DNA of 64,000 nt from Candidatus Latescibacterota bacterium (GTDB lineage: Bacteria > Latescibacterota > UBA2968 > UBA8231): the NCBI GenBank assembly GCA_965243025.1, contig CBDETY010000003.1, positions 3,648,001 through 3,712,000 on the forward strand. The letters are read 5' to 3'. Position 1 is the first letter of the stretch. Each line of letters starts with the position of its first letter. This document shows, in pieces, positions 48,239 through 57,261 of this stretch. The position numbers and the translations under genes were made by a program. The notes under the pieces are model-generated. The model did no database searches, was not told where the DNA came from, and saw only the letters and a program-made list of their open reading frames with translations.

Positions 48239-50167
48239 TCAGTAAACGAGGGGCACCGACGCCACCGCGATATCGGTCTCCTCGTCCGCTTCAACTTTCA
48301 GTCTGATGAGGTATATACCCGGGGGCTGCAGCTGGTTTCCCTCTCTGCCGTCCCAGGTTGCGGTGAAACGGCCGCTTTCACCGGTGCCGGTTTCGTCTAT
48401 CTCGATGGCCGCGACGCGTTCGCCGGCAAGATTGTACACGCCAAGTTCGACAGGAACTGCCCCGGAGAGATTGACGAGATCGTACTCGATCTCGAGAACA
48501 TCGTTGACGCTGTCGCCATTCGGCGAGAATGGAGACACGATCAGGGCCTGAATCGCGCGGCCGCCGACCGTGGTCGGGGAAACGCTGAGCGAATTCCCTT
48601 CCACGAGCGGGTCAGCGTCCCCTTCAGTGACGCGTTGGCGAACTTCCAACGGCTTCTCGCTGTCGAACACTCTGCCGGAAAACACGGTGCCCACCTTGAA
48701 CACCTCGCTCCGGAACACTACCTCGATAAGCTCTCCCGACGACTGCAGGTCGACGCGGGGAATATGGACCGAGAAACTTTCGCCGTCGTATGGACTGACG
48801 TCGAACTCCCCCGGGGACAGAACCGCCGACCCGATGCGTACTTCGTCGACGCTGGCAGGGGCAAGGGGCGCCGAGATCTGGATACTGTCGAAACCGAGGT
48901 CGTCTCCCTGTATCCGGGGAAGCAGTTTGTAGGTAAAGGCCGTAGTCTCCCCGAGTTGGGCCTCCGGGGGGAAGATCTCGGCCATCACCTCACTCGCTAC
49001 CGGAGGCGTCGACACCTCGAATTGCAGAACGTCCAGAGAACTGCCGGCTGACCCTCTGGTCGAGAAAAAATCCGCCTTGACCTGCACGAACCGGCGAGGC
49101 TTCCCACCTACGAGGCCACTTCTGCCAAGAGCGAATTCCAGCGGCGCTGTCCAGAATTCCCAATTCTCGCTGTCCGGTGCGATGCCTCCCTTCTCACCAC
49201 CTTCCAACCGGTTGTAGCTGCGGCGATCCAGGGGTTTGCCCTCATGGTCGAAGCTGCTGCGCTCCTCACCCCGGAAGGTGAGGCGCCAGTACGAGTTGGG
49301 ATCCTCGTCATCCCCGGTGCGCATGCTGAGCTCGATACCGGCCCCGGGATCTTCGCTTCCCGACCAGGTGAGGTCGCCGAGGCTCGAGCGCCCGCCGAGG
49401 TCGACGATGTTCGAAACGTAATTCGCCCGGGCAGCATATCCGTCTCCATAGATCTCGAGCTCCGCAATTTCCCAATCTCCGGACGGGGACTCCACCAGCA
49501 TTTCGGCAATCGGAATATCAGGCAGTTCAAGATCGAGGATCGGGGTCCGATTCTCGGTAACGTTGTATACGACATCGAAGTCGAAGAACTTTCCGCCTCT
49601 CCAGGAGTGCCTGTACTCCCGGGTTCCCCGCTTGCGAATGTCGCCGTCGTTGGTCCCGATGACGTAGTCCTTGACGAAGCGCTCGTTCAGGAACTTTGGC
49701 GAAGGCTGAAAAACGACCCGGCGAATGGGAAACAGGCCGGCGAAATCGATCCAGATTCCCTTGTAGTACTGGCTTCCTGTCTGATCGCCTCTCACACCCT
49801 GAAAGGCGGTGTCGTAATCCCCGTCGAACAGGAAATCGAGGTCCGGCTGATCCTGCCAGCCGTAAGAATTGTTCAACTGGATCCGACCCCCGCGCTCCCG
49901 GATCAACGGCGTCAGATTGACGCTGGGATCGAGGCGGACAGGAGTCAGCGACCCGCTCGTCTCGAGCTGGTGAGAGCTTCCGAACAGATCGTCGTCGACA
50001 TCCGCCCAGAACAGCTGGACGAAATCGACTCCCTCCTCGTTTGCGGCTTCGGGAACGGACAGATCCTCCCCGCCAAGCCGGTAGATGGTGAGTGAATCCC
50101 CGGGCTCCGCCAGGATCAGGGCAAGACCTGGAAGGAATCTCCTAAGAATGGCAATCGTTGTCTTCAT
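48239..50167 (-). CDS. Secreted single-discoidin-like/FlgD(CHU_C)-tail protein, paralog G
   Basis: Start MKTTIA at 50167; LTIYRLGG, FDGDYDTA, WEIAELEIYGDG, FSPNGDSVND; ends VPLVY. Confidence 0.87.
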   Translation of the reverse strand: MKTTIAILRRFLPGLALILAEPGDSLTIYRLGGEDLSVPEAANEEGVDFVQLFWADVDDDLFGSSHQLETSGSLTPVRLDPSVNLTPLIRERGGRIQLNNSYGWQDQPDLDFLFDGDYDTAFQGVRGDQTGSQYYKGIWIDFAGLFPIRRVVFQPSPKFLNERFVKDYVIGTNDGDIRKRGTREYRHSWRGGKFFDFDVVYNVTENRTPILDLELPDIPIAEMLVESPSGDWEIAELEIYGDGYAARANYVSNIVDLGGRSSLGDLTWSGSEDPGAGIELSMRTGDDEDPNSYWRLTFRGEERSSFDHEGKPLDRRSYNRLEGGEKGGIAPDSENWEFWTAPLEFALGRSGLVGGKPRRFVQVKADFFSTRGSAGSSLDVLQFEVSTPPVASEVMAEIFPPEAQLGETTAFTYKLLPRIQGDDLGFDSIQISAPLAPASVDEVRIGSAVLSPGEFDVSPYDGESFSVHIPRVDLQSSGELIEVVFRSEVFKVGTVFSGRVFDSEKPLEVRQRVTEGDADPLVEGNSLSVSPTTVGGRAIQALIVSPFSPNGDSVNDVLEIEYDLVNLSGAVPVELGVYNLAGERVAAIEIDETGTGESGRFTATWDGREGNQLQPPGIYLIRLKVEADEETDIAVASVPLVY

Positions 50168-50250
50168 CGAAATCCCCCGCTTTTCTCCAGCTGCCGGGCC
50201 GGAATCGAATTCCATCCAACGGGTTTCACGAAGAATGGCTGACTTCGGGA

Positions 50251-50287
50251 AATAAAAAAAGGGATGGACCCGTTTCGAGCCCATCCC
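50251..50287 (-). terminator. Intrinsic (Rho-independent) terminator
   Basis: Minus strand reads GGGATGGGCTCG-AAA-CGGGTCCATCCC followed by TTTTTTTATT, 21 nt after the stop of 50309-51211. Confidence 0.85.
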
Positions 50288-50308
50288 CGTACTTCAGAGA
50301 AACAAACC

Positions 50309-51211
50309 TTACCTGGAAACGGAGGCCTTGATCCGTCCCCAGCTGTCTTCTTCTACCGCTGTATCTGTGAAGTCTACAGTCTCATCGATCGGCAGAAGGA
50401 GGAAGTCAGCGAGGAAATCGGCGTCGCCGAAACTTTCCACGTTGGGTCCGATCGTCCAGCGGCCCCAACAGTTGCAGTCGTCGGTGAACTCGGCATCGCC
50501 GTCGTGAACCTGAACGCTCACGCCTATGATCTGGTCGGCCTCGAAGTCGTGAAGGATGCTCTCTTCAGCGGAGGTCCAGTTGTAGTCATCCCAGTAAAGC
50601 TGCCACCACTCGGCGTAGGTGCGCGCTTCCTGGTTGGAACCTGGAGTCCCGTCGACCCGGTGCGCCTGTTGCGACCACTCGGGGTCGCGGTACCAATCGC
50701 CCTGAGTCATCCAGAACCAGGTCCAGTTCTCGGAGAAACCTTCGTCGAATGCCCAGTGGTGGGTTTGGGCGTGACGGCCTTTCTGCCGCTGGGCTTCTTC
50801 GTCCGTCATGCCTTCGATGCTCCAGAAAGTCCCACCGCTGTGGTCGGCATCGATCACACCTTCGATGGTTTCGCCGCCGATGTGGATGTCGTCGAATTTT
50901 TCGAAGACATAGTAGATGCGGTCAGTTTCATCGTTGTAGGCTAGGGCCCAACGGAACGACAGGGAGGACGGATCGAGATCGCCCACGTAGTTCCAGGGAC
51001 GCTCGTCGCTCTGGACGACATCGACTTCGGTGATGAAGAACTCGGGCGGGAGGATATCCCACTCACCGAGATCGCCGTCGAGAACCGGCAGGGCGTTTTC
51101 GGGCCAGGCCCAGACAGCGCCCAGAAAATCCGGCGGATCGTGTGCCGTTGCAGTGCCGCTCAACGAGAAAACGAGAGCGCCGGCAAGCAGCAATGAGGAA
51201 AGCTTCTTCAC
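50309..51211 (-). CDS. Secreted acidic Trp-rich protein, CBM9/DOMON-like, with C-terminal TAVEEDSWGRIKA motif
   Basis: GAAGGAG RBS and GTG start; clean signal peptide ending ATA-H; VLDGDLGEW, LAYNDETDRIY, VSVQVHDGD. Confidence 0.85.
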   Translation of the reverse strand: MKKLSSLLLAGALVFSLSGTATAHDPPDFLGAVWAWPENALPVLDGDLGEWDILPPEFFITEVDVVQSDERPWNYVGDLDPSSLSFRWALAYNDETDRIYYVFEKFDDIHIGGETIEGVIDADHSGGTFWSIEGMTDEEAQRQKGRHAQTHHWAFDEGFSENWTWFWMTQGDWYRDPEWSQQAHRVDGTPGSNQEARTYAEWWQLYWDDYNWTSAEESILHDFEADQIIGVSVQVHDGDAEFTDDCNCWGRWTIGPNVESFGDADFLADFLLLPIDETVDFTDTAVEEDSWGRIKASVSR

Positions 51212-51363
51212 AGTCAGACTCCTTCAGCTAAGGGATGGAGGGGGTTGATTCATGCAAATACAGGAACAACGAAAGTCCGATTCAAGCCTTTTGACTGACC
51301 GGTCAACCTCCTTGCCGCTGTCCCCTCTCGACCGGGACTCGGAGGTATCCGCCTGAGTCAAGA

Positions 51364-51398
51364 TGCTAATAACTACGTAATCGACCATCGAATGTCAA
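51364..51398 (-). promoter_or_regulatory. Possible sigma70-type promoter for the 300-aa gene
   Basis: Perfect TTGACA on the minus strand (51393-51398) in an AT-rich gap, followed 17 nt later by TAGTTATTAGCAT (imperfect -10). Confidence 0.35.
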
Positions 51399-51474
51399 GG
51401 ATTAAGTTGAGGGCCGGCGGGGTTTCCGCGCCGGAGTTGATCAGCCTTAACTTCATATTTTGCAATAGGTTGTA

Positions 51475-54435
51475 CTAATCCAGTCCCGCGAATATCGACA
51501 CGAAGGTCAACCCGGCCGTCTCGGTCTTCCGCGACCCGTCCACCACTTCGAGGGAACGCCGGTCGATGCGGATACCCCCCTGCAGGGTCAGGCCGTAGCC
51601 GAGATACTCGCTCCTGTTGGTAAGCTGGAGGGCGAGGACGGAGCCCAGGAAATCACCGGTGAACCGGCCTGCTGCAATGTCGTCCTCGTCCTCTATCAGA
51701 CTGTAGTAGAACCGCTGCTCGTAGCCGAGTTGAAGCCGGGTATGGCGCAGCAGGGGAAAACTGGCCTGCAGAAATATCAGTCCATCCCACGTGCGCCTCT
51801 CGACCAGGTCTCTCCCGAATGGCGTCTCTCGCAGGAACTCGCTCTTGACCCGGGGGTCGAGCTGGAACATTCCCAGGTCGAAAACGTAATCCGCCTTGTT
51901 GATGATCCCGAAAAACCCGGAACTCTCACGCCCGTTGCGCCCCTCCGGTCCCAGTGGGTCGAACAGCACGACAGGTGCCCCGTCCCCGTCCAGCAGCCTT
52001 TCGCCGTTTTCATCGAGTGCGAATTCGACTTCTGCGTTGCGCTGGCGCCAGCGGTCCCACTTGAACCTGTGCATGGTTGCCCAGCCGCGGGAGCTGGCAT
52101 AGCTCCATTCGGCGTAGAGGGTGTTTATCCATGTGTCCCGCGCCGCCAGTCGGTCTTCAATCGGCGTCAGCCGCCCCGCGCTCTCCGAAGCCAGGCCGAA
52201 GTCGGCTCTTGGTATGACCCACTGGACCAGGTGGTCGGGTATGTCGTCCCTGGCAAGCTTCAGCATGTCGAACAGACGGACCCGCCCCCAGCCGGGGTTG
52301 TCGTGATCGAGAGCGAACATCGCGTACGAGGTGACGTTCTCGCGCTCGCTCTTCCGCAGTTCCTGCCGAAGCTGCCCGAGGCGCACCTTGGCATCCGGGC
52401 CGAACTGCAGGCCGCCGTAGGCGTTGTAACCGTGATGGTCCTTCTTGTACGGGTAGTCCGGGTCGTCGTCGTTCTCGAAACGCTCAACCCAGCCGTTGTT
52501 GTTGAGATCGATTCCGTAGAGGAATTCGGGACGGTCACTCCGGTAGCGGAGAAACGGCTCGTCGTAGTCCGGGAAGAGGTTGCGGCGGTCGAATATGTTG
52601 TTCTGGTTGAAATCGGAGATGAAATCCCCGTTCTCGTCGTACCCGGGGAACACTTCCGGATCGGCCCGACCCCTGGGTTCGGTCGTGGTCGCCTGGAGTC
52701 CCTCCTGGGGTATCAGGCTGCCTTCACCGATTCGCAGCTGGTCGGGGTGTCTGTCGTTGTCGTCGTTGTCGTCGACGAAGTCGTAGAGCTCGTTGGTGGC
52801 CTCGGGCGAGTAATCGGTGTTGCCCGCCTCGCGCAGCGGCAGCACGCTGGTCGAATACTCGTCATCCATGCCGAATCCCTCGACGAACAGGGACGCCGGC
52901 CCGCTGCGCCACGAAAGATTGGCCAGCCAGCCGAGTGCGTGTCTGTCCCCCTGGATGCCGGATATTGCGCGGTGCTCCTTGCGGTTGATTGCCGGGTACT
53001 TGCGGTACTGGGTGTTCAAATTGGCCTCGCCGTAGAAGTCGAAACCGTGAAAATCCCTGATTTCGGTTGTCAAACCGACGATCTGCGTCGCCGTGGGAAT
53101 TCCGTAATCGAACACCACCTCGCGCTGGTTCAGCTGATTCTTGATGTTGCCTTCGGCGCGCGCCGCGACGCGGAATTGAGGCACTCCGAAGCGGTCGGTC
53201 TGACGGTTGGAGCTCATCTCCACGCGGTAGTCGTTGGCGAGCACCAGCCGCACCCGCACGTTGCGGATATTGTCGATCGCCGCCTCGGCTTCGTCTGTCG
53301 TGAGGTCGAGTTGCTGCTGCAGCCTTGCGCGCAGCGTCCCCGATTCATCGTCGCCTTCCCCGGGAGCCAGCACGTACCGCAACAGGATGTCCTCGGGGCC
53401 GTCGGCGGTCAGGAATCCCTGCAGAACCTTGCCCCCTTCGATTGACGGACGAAATCCGAGATCGTTGGCAGAGAAAGTGGTGTCTGTCGCCACCATCATC
53501 TCCTCGCCTTCGATGAGGGTTTCGCGCAGGAGAGTGGTCGTGATTTCGATGTCATCGCTGAACAGGACCGCTCCCCCCTCGTTGTCTTCCGGGGAATCGT
53601 CAGCCAGGCGGAGTACCAGCAGATCGAGGCGTTGACCGAGCTGTTCGCTGTTCAGCCTGCCCGTGAAGGCGTTGCCCTCGAACGCACCGGCGGCGCCTGT
53701 TCCGTTGTGGCTGTTGACGAAGGTCATTCCCAGGGTCAGAAAATCGCTGACGTCAGCGGTGGTCCTGACCGCGGCGAGGTTCGTGAAATGCTGAAAAGTG
53801 GATGAACCCGCCCCGAGCATGGGGAAGGAGATGCGCGAGAAAAGGCCGGTGGTGTGAAATCGCTCCGCCGTGTACTCGGTCACAACCCCGTTGAAACCCG
53901 CCTTGCGGAAGGTCATCGGGGTCAGGGTCATGTTGATCTCGTCTCCGACCATGACGGTGAAACCGCGGCCGCGGCTGATGTCCGATGCGATTACCAGGCG
54001 GTTGAACCAGTTGTGGTAGCGGCTTGCCGAAACGATGCGCGACGAACTGGAAATCACCGGCTGCACCTGCTGCCAGCTGTACACCACCCACCCCCGGGTG
54101 ACCAGGTCCCCGAAGAAATCGTAGTAGTAGTCACCCTCGAGGCCGGCATTTACATAGCGCTGCTGCCGGCGCTTTGCCCAGTTGGTGTACGACCACTGCT
54201 GGCGCCCGTACTCGCTGAAATGCGCCGGACCGAGATACCACCTCTGAATGGCGGGATCGAGGGCGTCCATGTAGTTGGAAACCCCCGGTGTGCGGTACAA
54301 CAGGCGGCCACCCACCCGGTCGCCCAGCCTGCCGCCATAATCGGCAGCTTGCCCTCGCAGTGGAGATTGCCCGAGCAGGAGCAGACAGAACGCCCCCGCC
54401 AGAGCGGCCGTCACATGACCGTTGCGCGGGTTCAT
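51475..54435 (-). CDS. Large putative outer-membrane beta-strand protein with acidic insert, paralog 2
   Basis: Signal peptide; DYGGRLG, ALDP..QRWY, LTPMTF, DDSPEDNEGGA, YDFVDDNDDND, FPGYDENGDFISDFNQN; amphipathic strands; ends FVSIFAGLD. Confidence 0.85.
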   Translation of the reverse strand: MNPRNGHVTAALAGAFCLLLLGQSPLRGQAADYGGRLGDRVGGRLLYRTPGVSNYMDALDPAIQRWYLGPAHFSEYGRQQWSYTNWAKRRQQRYVNAGLEGDYYYDFFGDLVTRGWVVYSWQQVQPVISSSSRIVSASRYHNWFNRLVIASDISRGRGFTVMVGDEINMTLTPMTFRKAGFNGVVTEYTAERFHTTGLFSRISFPMLGAGSSTFQHFTNLAAVRTTADVSDFLTLGMTFVNSHNGTGAAGAFEGNAFTGRLNSEQLGQRLDLLVLRLADDSPEDNEGGAVLFSDDIEITTTLLRETLIEGEEMMVATDTTFSANDLGFRPSIEGGKVLQGFLTADGPEDILLRYVLAPGEGDDESGTLRARLQQQLDLTTDEAEAAIDNIRNVRVRLVLANDYRVEMSSNRQTDRFGVPQFRVAARAEGNIKNQLNQREVVFDYGIPTATQIVGLTTEIRDFHGFDFYGEANLNTQYRKYPAINRKEHRAISGIQGDRHALGWLANLSWRSGPASLFVEGFGMDDEYSTSVLPLREAGNTDYSPEATNELYDFVDDNDDNDRHPDQLRIGEGSLIPQEGLQATTTEPRGRADPEVFPGYDENGDFISDFNQNNIFDRRNLFPDYDEPFLRYRSDRPEFLYGIDLNNNGWVERFENDDDPDYPYKKDHHGYNAYGGLQFGPDAKVRLGQLRQELRKSERENVTSYAMFALDHDNPGWGRVRLFDMLKLARDDIPDHLVQWVIPRADFGLASESAGRLTPIEDRLAARDTWINTLYAEWSYASSRGWATMHRFKWDRWRQRNAEVEFALDENGERLLDGDGAPVVLFDPLGPEGRNGRESSGFFGIINKADYVFDLGMFQLDPRVKSEFLRETPFGRDLVERRTWDGLIFLQASFPLLRHTRLQLGYEQRFYYSLIEDEDDIAAGRFTGDFLGSVLALQLTNRSEYLGYGLTLQGGIRIDRRSLEVVDGSRKTETAGLTFVSIFAGLD

Positions 54436-54437
54436 TT

Positions 54438-57215
54438 CTACTCCACTCCAGCGTAGATCGTCATGAAGCTCGTGGTTTCCGTTCTGCCTTCGGACATCTT
54501 TTCGAACACACCCGGCGAACTCTGTTCCACGGCCTCCGAAAGGATACGGCCGACCCGGAAACCGATCTGGGTGGTCAGCCGGTAGCCCAGGTATTGCGAG
54601 TTGTTGGTCAGTTGCAGGGCGAAGATCGCCGAGCGTTGATCACCCGTCGGCCCGGTGATCCCCAGGTCGACCATCTCGTCTTCATCCGTCTCCTGGTCGG
54701 CAAACTGAGCCAGCTCGACGCCTCCTGTAACGACGCTCCTGCTGAGCACCGGAAACTGGGCGAGGAGGATCGCCAGGCCCGTCCATTCCTTCCGGTCGTC
54801 CATCTCCTTCAGAAATGCATCCTGCCGCAGGAGTTCGCTCTTCAGCTTCGGCTGCAGGTCGAGGTTCCCGATGGAGTAGTCAGCCTCGATCTTGTTGATA
54901 ATCCCGATGAAGTTGGTCGTGCCGTTCAGCTCGCGCCCCTCGATGTCCTGCGCTTCTTTCGAAACCTGATTGTAAAACTCGTACTTCATCTTGTTGACCA
55001 ACTTCAGCCGCGGAATCGCCGTATAGTCGAACCCCAGCCAGGCTGTGTTTATCCACGTGTCCGGCGCGTTGAGGAGATCCTCGACGAGCGGTTGGGGGGG
55101 AGCACTGCGGAAGGGGGACGGTGCCCTGCGGTCGTCGGGGATGGTATCGGCGGCCCGCTTGAGCATGTCGAACACCCGCACTCGGCCCAGCCGGGCAAAA
55201 TCCTTGTCGAAGGTGAACATCCCGTAGGTCGTGCGGTTGTCGCGTTTGTCCGAGAGCATGCGCTCGTCAAGGCGTCCCACGAACACGCGCGTCTCCGGGG
55301 TCAGGTGGGTGCCTGCAAAGAAGTTGTAGCCGCGGCGGTCCGCTTTGTACGGATAGTCGGGCAACTCATCGTCCTCGAAGCGATCGATCCAGCCGTTGTT
55401 GTTCAGGTCGATCCCGAACAGGTACTCCGGGCGGTCGACGTGGTGGCGCAGGAAAGGCTCTTCATAGTCGGCGATGATGTTGGGAACCGAGGTGTTGTCG
55501 TTCTGGTTGAAGTCGGAGATGAAGTCGTTGTTCTCGTCCCAACCGGGAAAGACATTGAAGTCCGCGGCCTGGCTGCCGACTCGAGCCCAGTCGGGCCTGC
55601 TGTCCTGATCGTCGTTGTCCTCGACGAACTCGTAAACCGAATTCAGGGGAAAGTCGTAGGTGAAATCTCCCTCGTCGTCGGTCACGTAAGCACTTGTCGA
55701 GTAGTCGTGATCTATTGTATACAGCTCGGCGAACCCGAAGTAGGGATATTCCTGTTTGGACAACGTGAAGATGCCCGCATCCGCTTGCTCGGACGAAATT
55801 TCATGGCCCTCGTCCGCCGCAAAAAGCGCCGCGTTCGGATACTGCGCATAGCGGATATTGCGGTCCCACTCGCCGTAGAAATCAAACCCGGCTATATCCG
55901 TCCCCTCGATGGTGAATCCCCCGACGAGGTTGGCGGTCGGCAATCCGTAGTTGAACTTCACGACCTGGACATTCGAGATGTCCCTGATGTTTCCCGCCGC
56001 CCGCTTGACGTTGAGCAGCACCGGCTCGGACTCGTCGATGACCGTGGCGGTCAAAGGCGCCGCCGGAACCGGGCGGCGCCCCGTCTGCCGGTTGGACCAC
56101 ATGTCGATCCGGTAGTCGTTGGCGAGGAGGTACTCGAACTCTACGTCGACGATGCTGGTCAGGTCCGGGCCGACGTACGCCGGATCGGTGAAGTCGTAGT
56201 TGATCACGATCCGTTCGCTGCCGTCGGCGGCAAGGAATCCTTCGCGCTCGAGACCGCCGAAAATGGTCGGCCACTCCGTTCCGGAACGGACCACCTCCTC
56301 GAGGGTGAAGACAGTTTCCATACCGGTCTCGAAGTCCCTGCTGCGGATGCGGATGTCGTGGCTGAAAAGCGCCGCTCCGCCCTCGTTGTCGTCAGGGCTG
56401 TCGTCGCTGAGAACGATGGCCACCGCAGAGACCGGGGTGCTGCTCTGTCCCGCGGTCAGGTTTCCGGCGACGAAGTTCCCGGTGAACATGTCGAGGGAGG
56501 TGTTGGCTCCGCGGGCGTCTACCAACGTACCTCCCAGGGTGATGAAATCGCCGACCTGCACCGTGGCGCGGCCACCGACGAGGCTGGTGGAGTTGGTCCG
56601 CTTGCGGGGGGTATTGGTGGTTCCCGCGGCCGGGTCGCTGATGCGGGAAGCGATGACCGTGGCGGCGTATTTGTCCGCCGCGAAATCGATCTGGAGACCG
56701 TTGAAGTCCGGCTTGGAGAAGGTCATCGGCGTGAGGGTCGTGCGGATCCGGTTGCCCAGGGTGATCGCGTAGGCGTACTGGCCCTTGGCGTCGCTGCTGA
56801 CAGCGAGGCTGCTGAAGAAGTTGTCGAACCTGCTGCCCTTGAAGATTCCCGAGCCCTCCTGCTGCGGCTGGTCCTGGCGCCAGTCGTAGATCAGCCAGCC
56901 CCTGCTGACGTAGTCTCCGAAGAAATCGTAGAAGTAATCTCCCTCCAGGGCTGTATTGACATAGCGCTGATAATGAGTGCGCGCGTAGTTGGAGTATTCC
57001 CACTGGCGCCAGCGGTATTCATTATACAGTTCCTGAGGCACGTACCATCTCTTTACCGTCGGATCCAAAGCTCCGAAGACCACTCCCGGCCCCTTGGGCT
57101 CGAACGACACAGCACCCCCCCGTTGGACCCCGAGGCGGCTGCCGTAATCCTGTGCCAAAGTCGCCGTCGCGGTCACGGCCAGGAACGCAATTACCGATCC
57201 TGCACGGATATTCAA
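54438..57215 (-). CDS. Large putative outer-membrane beta-strand protein with acidic insert, paralog 3
   Basis: GGAGGAG RBS and TTG start; signal peptide ending TLA-Q; same motif series as paralog 2; ends FMTIYAGVE; 2-nt gap to the next gene. Confidence 0.85.
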   Translation of the reverse strand: MNIRAGSVIAFLAVTATATLAQDYGSRLGVQRGGAVSFEPKGPGVVFGALDPTVKRWYVPQELYNEYRWRQWEYSNYARTHYQRYVNTALEGDYFYDFFGDYVSRGWLIYDWRQDQPQQEGSGIFKGSRFDNFFSSLAVSSDAKGQYAYAITLGNRIRTTLTPMTFSKPDFNGLQIDFAADKYAATVIASRISDPAAGTTNTPRKRTNSTSLVGGRATVQVGDFITLGGTLVDARGANTSLDMFTGNFVAGNLTAGQSSTPVSAVAIVLSDDSPDDNEGGAALFSHDIRIRSRDFETGMETVFTLEEVVRSGTEWPTIFGGLEREGFLAADGSERIVINYDFTDPAYVGPDLTSIVDVEFEYLLANDYRIDMWSNRQTGRRPVPAAPLTATVIDESEPVLLNVKRAAGNIRDISNVQVVKFNYGLPTANLVGGFTIEGTDIAGFDFYGEWDRNIRYAQYPNAALFAADEGHEISSEQADAGIFTLSKQEYPYFGFAELYTIDHDYSTSAYVTDDEGDFTYDFPLNSVYEFVEDNDDQDSRPDWARVGSQAADFNVFPGWDENNDFISDFNQNDNTSVPNIIADYEEPFLRHHVDRPEYLFGIDLNNNGWIDRFEDDELPDYPYKADRRGYNFFAGTHLTPETRVFVGRLDERMLSDKRDNRTTYGMFTFDKDFARLGRVRVFDMLKRAADTIPDDRRAPSPFRSAPPQPLVEDLLNAPDTWINTAWLGFDYTAIPRLKLVNKMKYEFYNQVSKEAQDIEGRELNGTTNFIGIINKIEADYSIGNLDLQPKLKSELLRQDAFLKEMDDRKEWTGLAILLAQFPVLSRSVVTGGVELAQFADQETDEDEMVDLGITGPTGDQRSAIFALQLTNNSQYLGYRLTTQIGFRVGRILSEAVEQSSPGVFEKMSEGRTETTSFMTIYAGVE

Positions 57216-57261
57216 GGCTGACTCCTCCCTTGGTTACAGCTGAAACTCTGGTAGTCCCGGC

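Noticed and set aside
26529-50167. Diversity-generating retroelement or shufflon as cause of paralog variation
   Set aside because: No reverse transcriptase or recombinase in the window, differences are not adenine-specific, and all copies are full-length and co-oriented.
51475-57215. SusC/TonB-dependent receptors
   Set aside because: No recognisable plug-domain motif or terminal Phe strand, and no SusD-like lipoprotein adjacent.
54288-57221. Long antisense ORFs (also 7828-10137, 26871-29276, 38241-40442, 17385-19484)
   Set aside because: Mirror frames of well-supported genes, expected from GC-biased codon usage.
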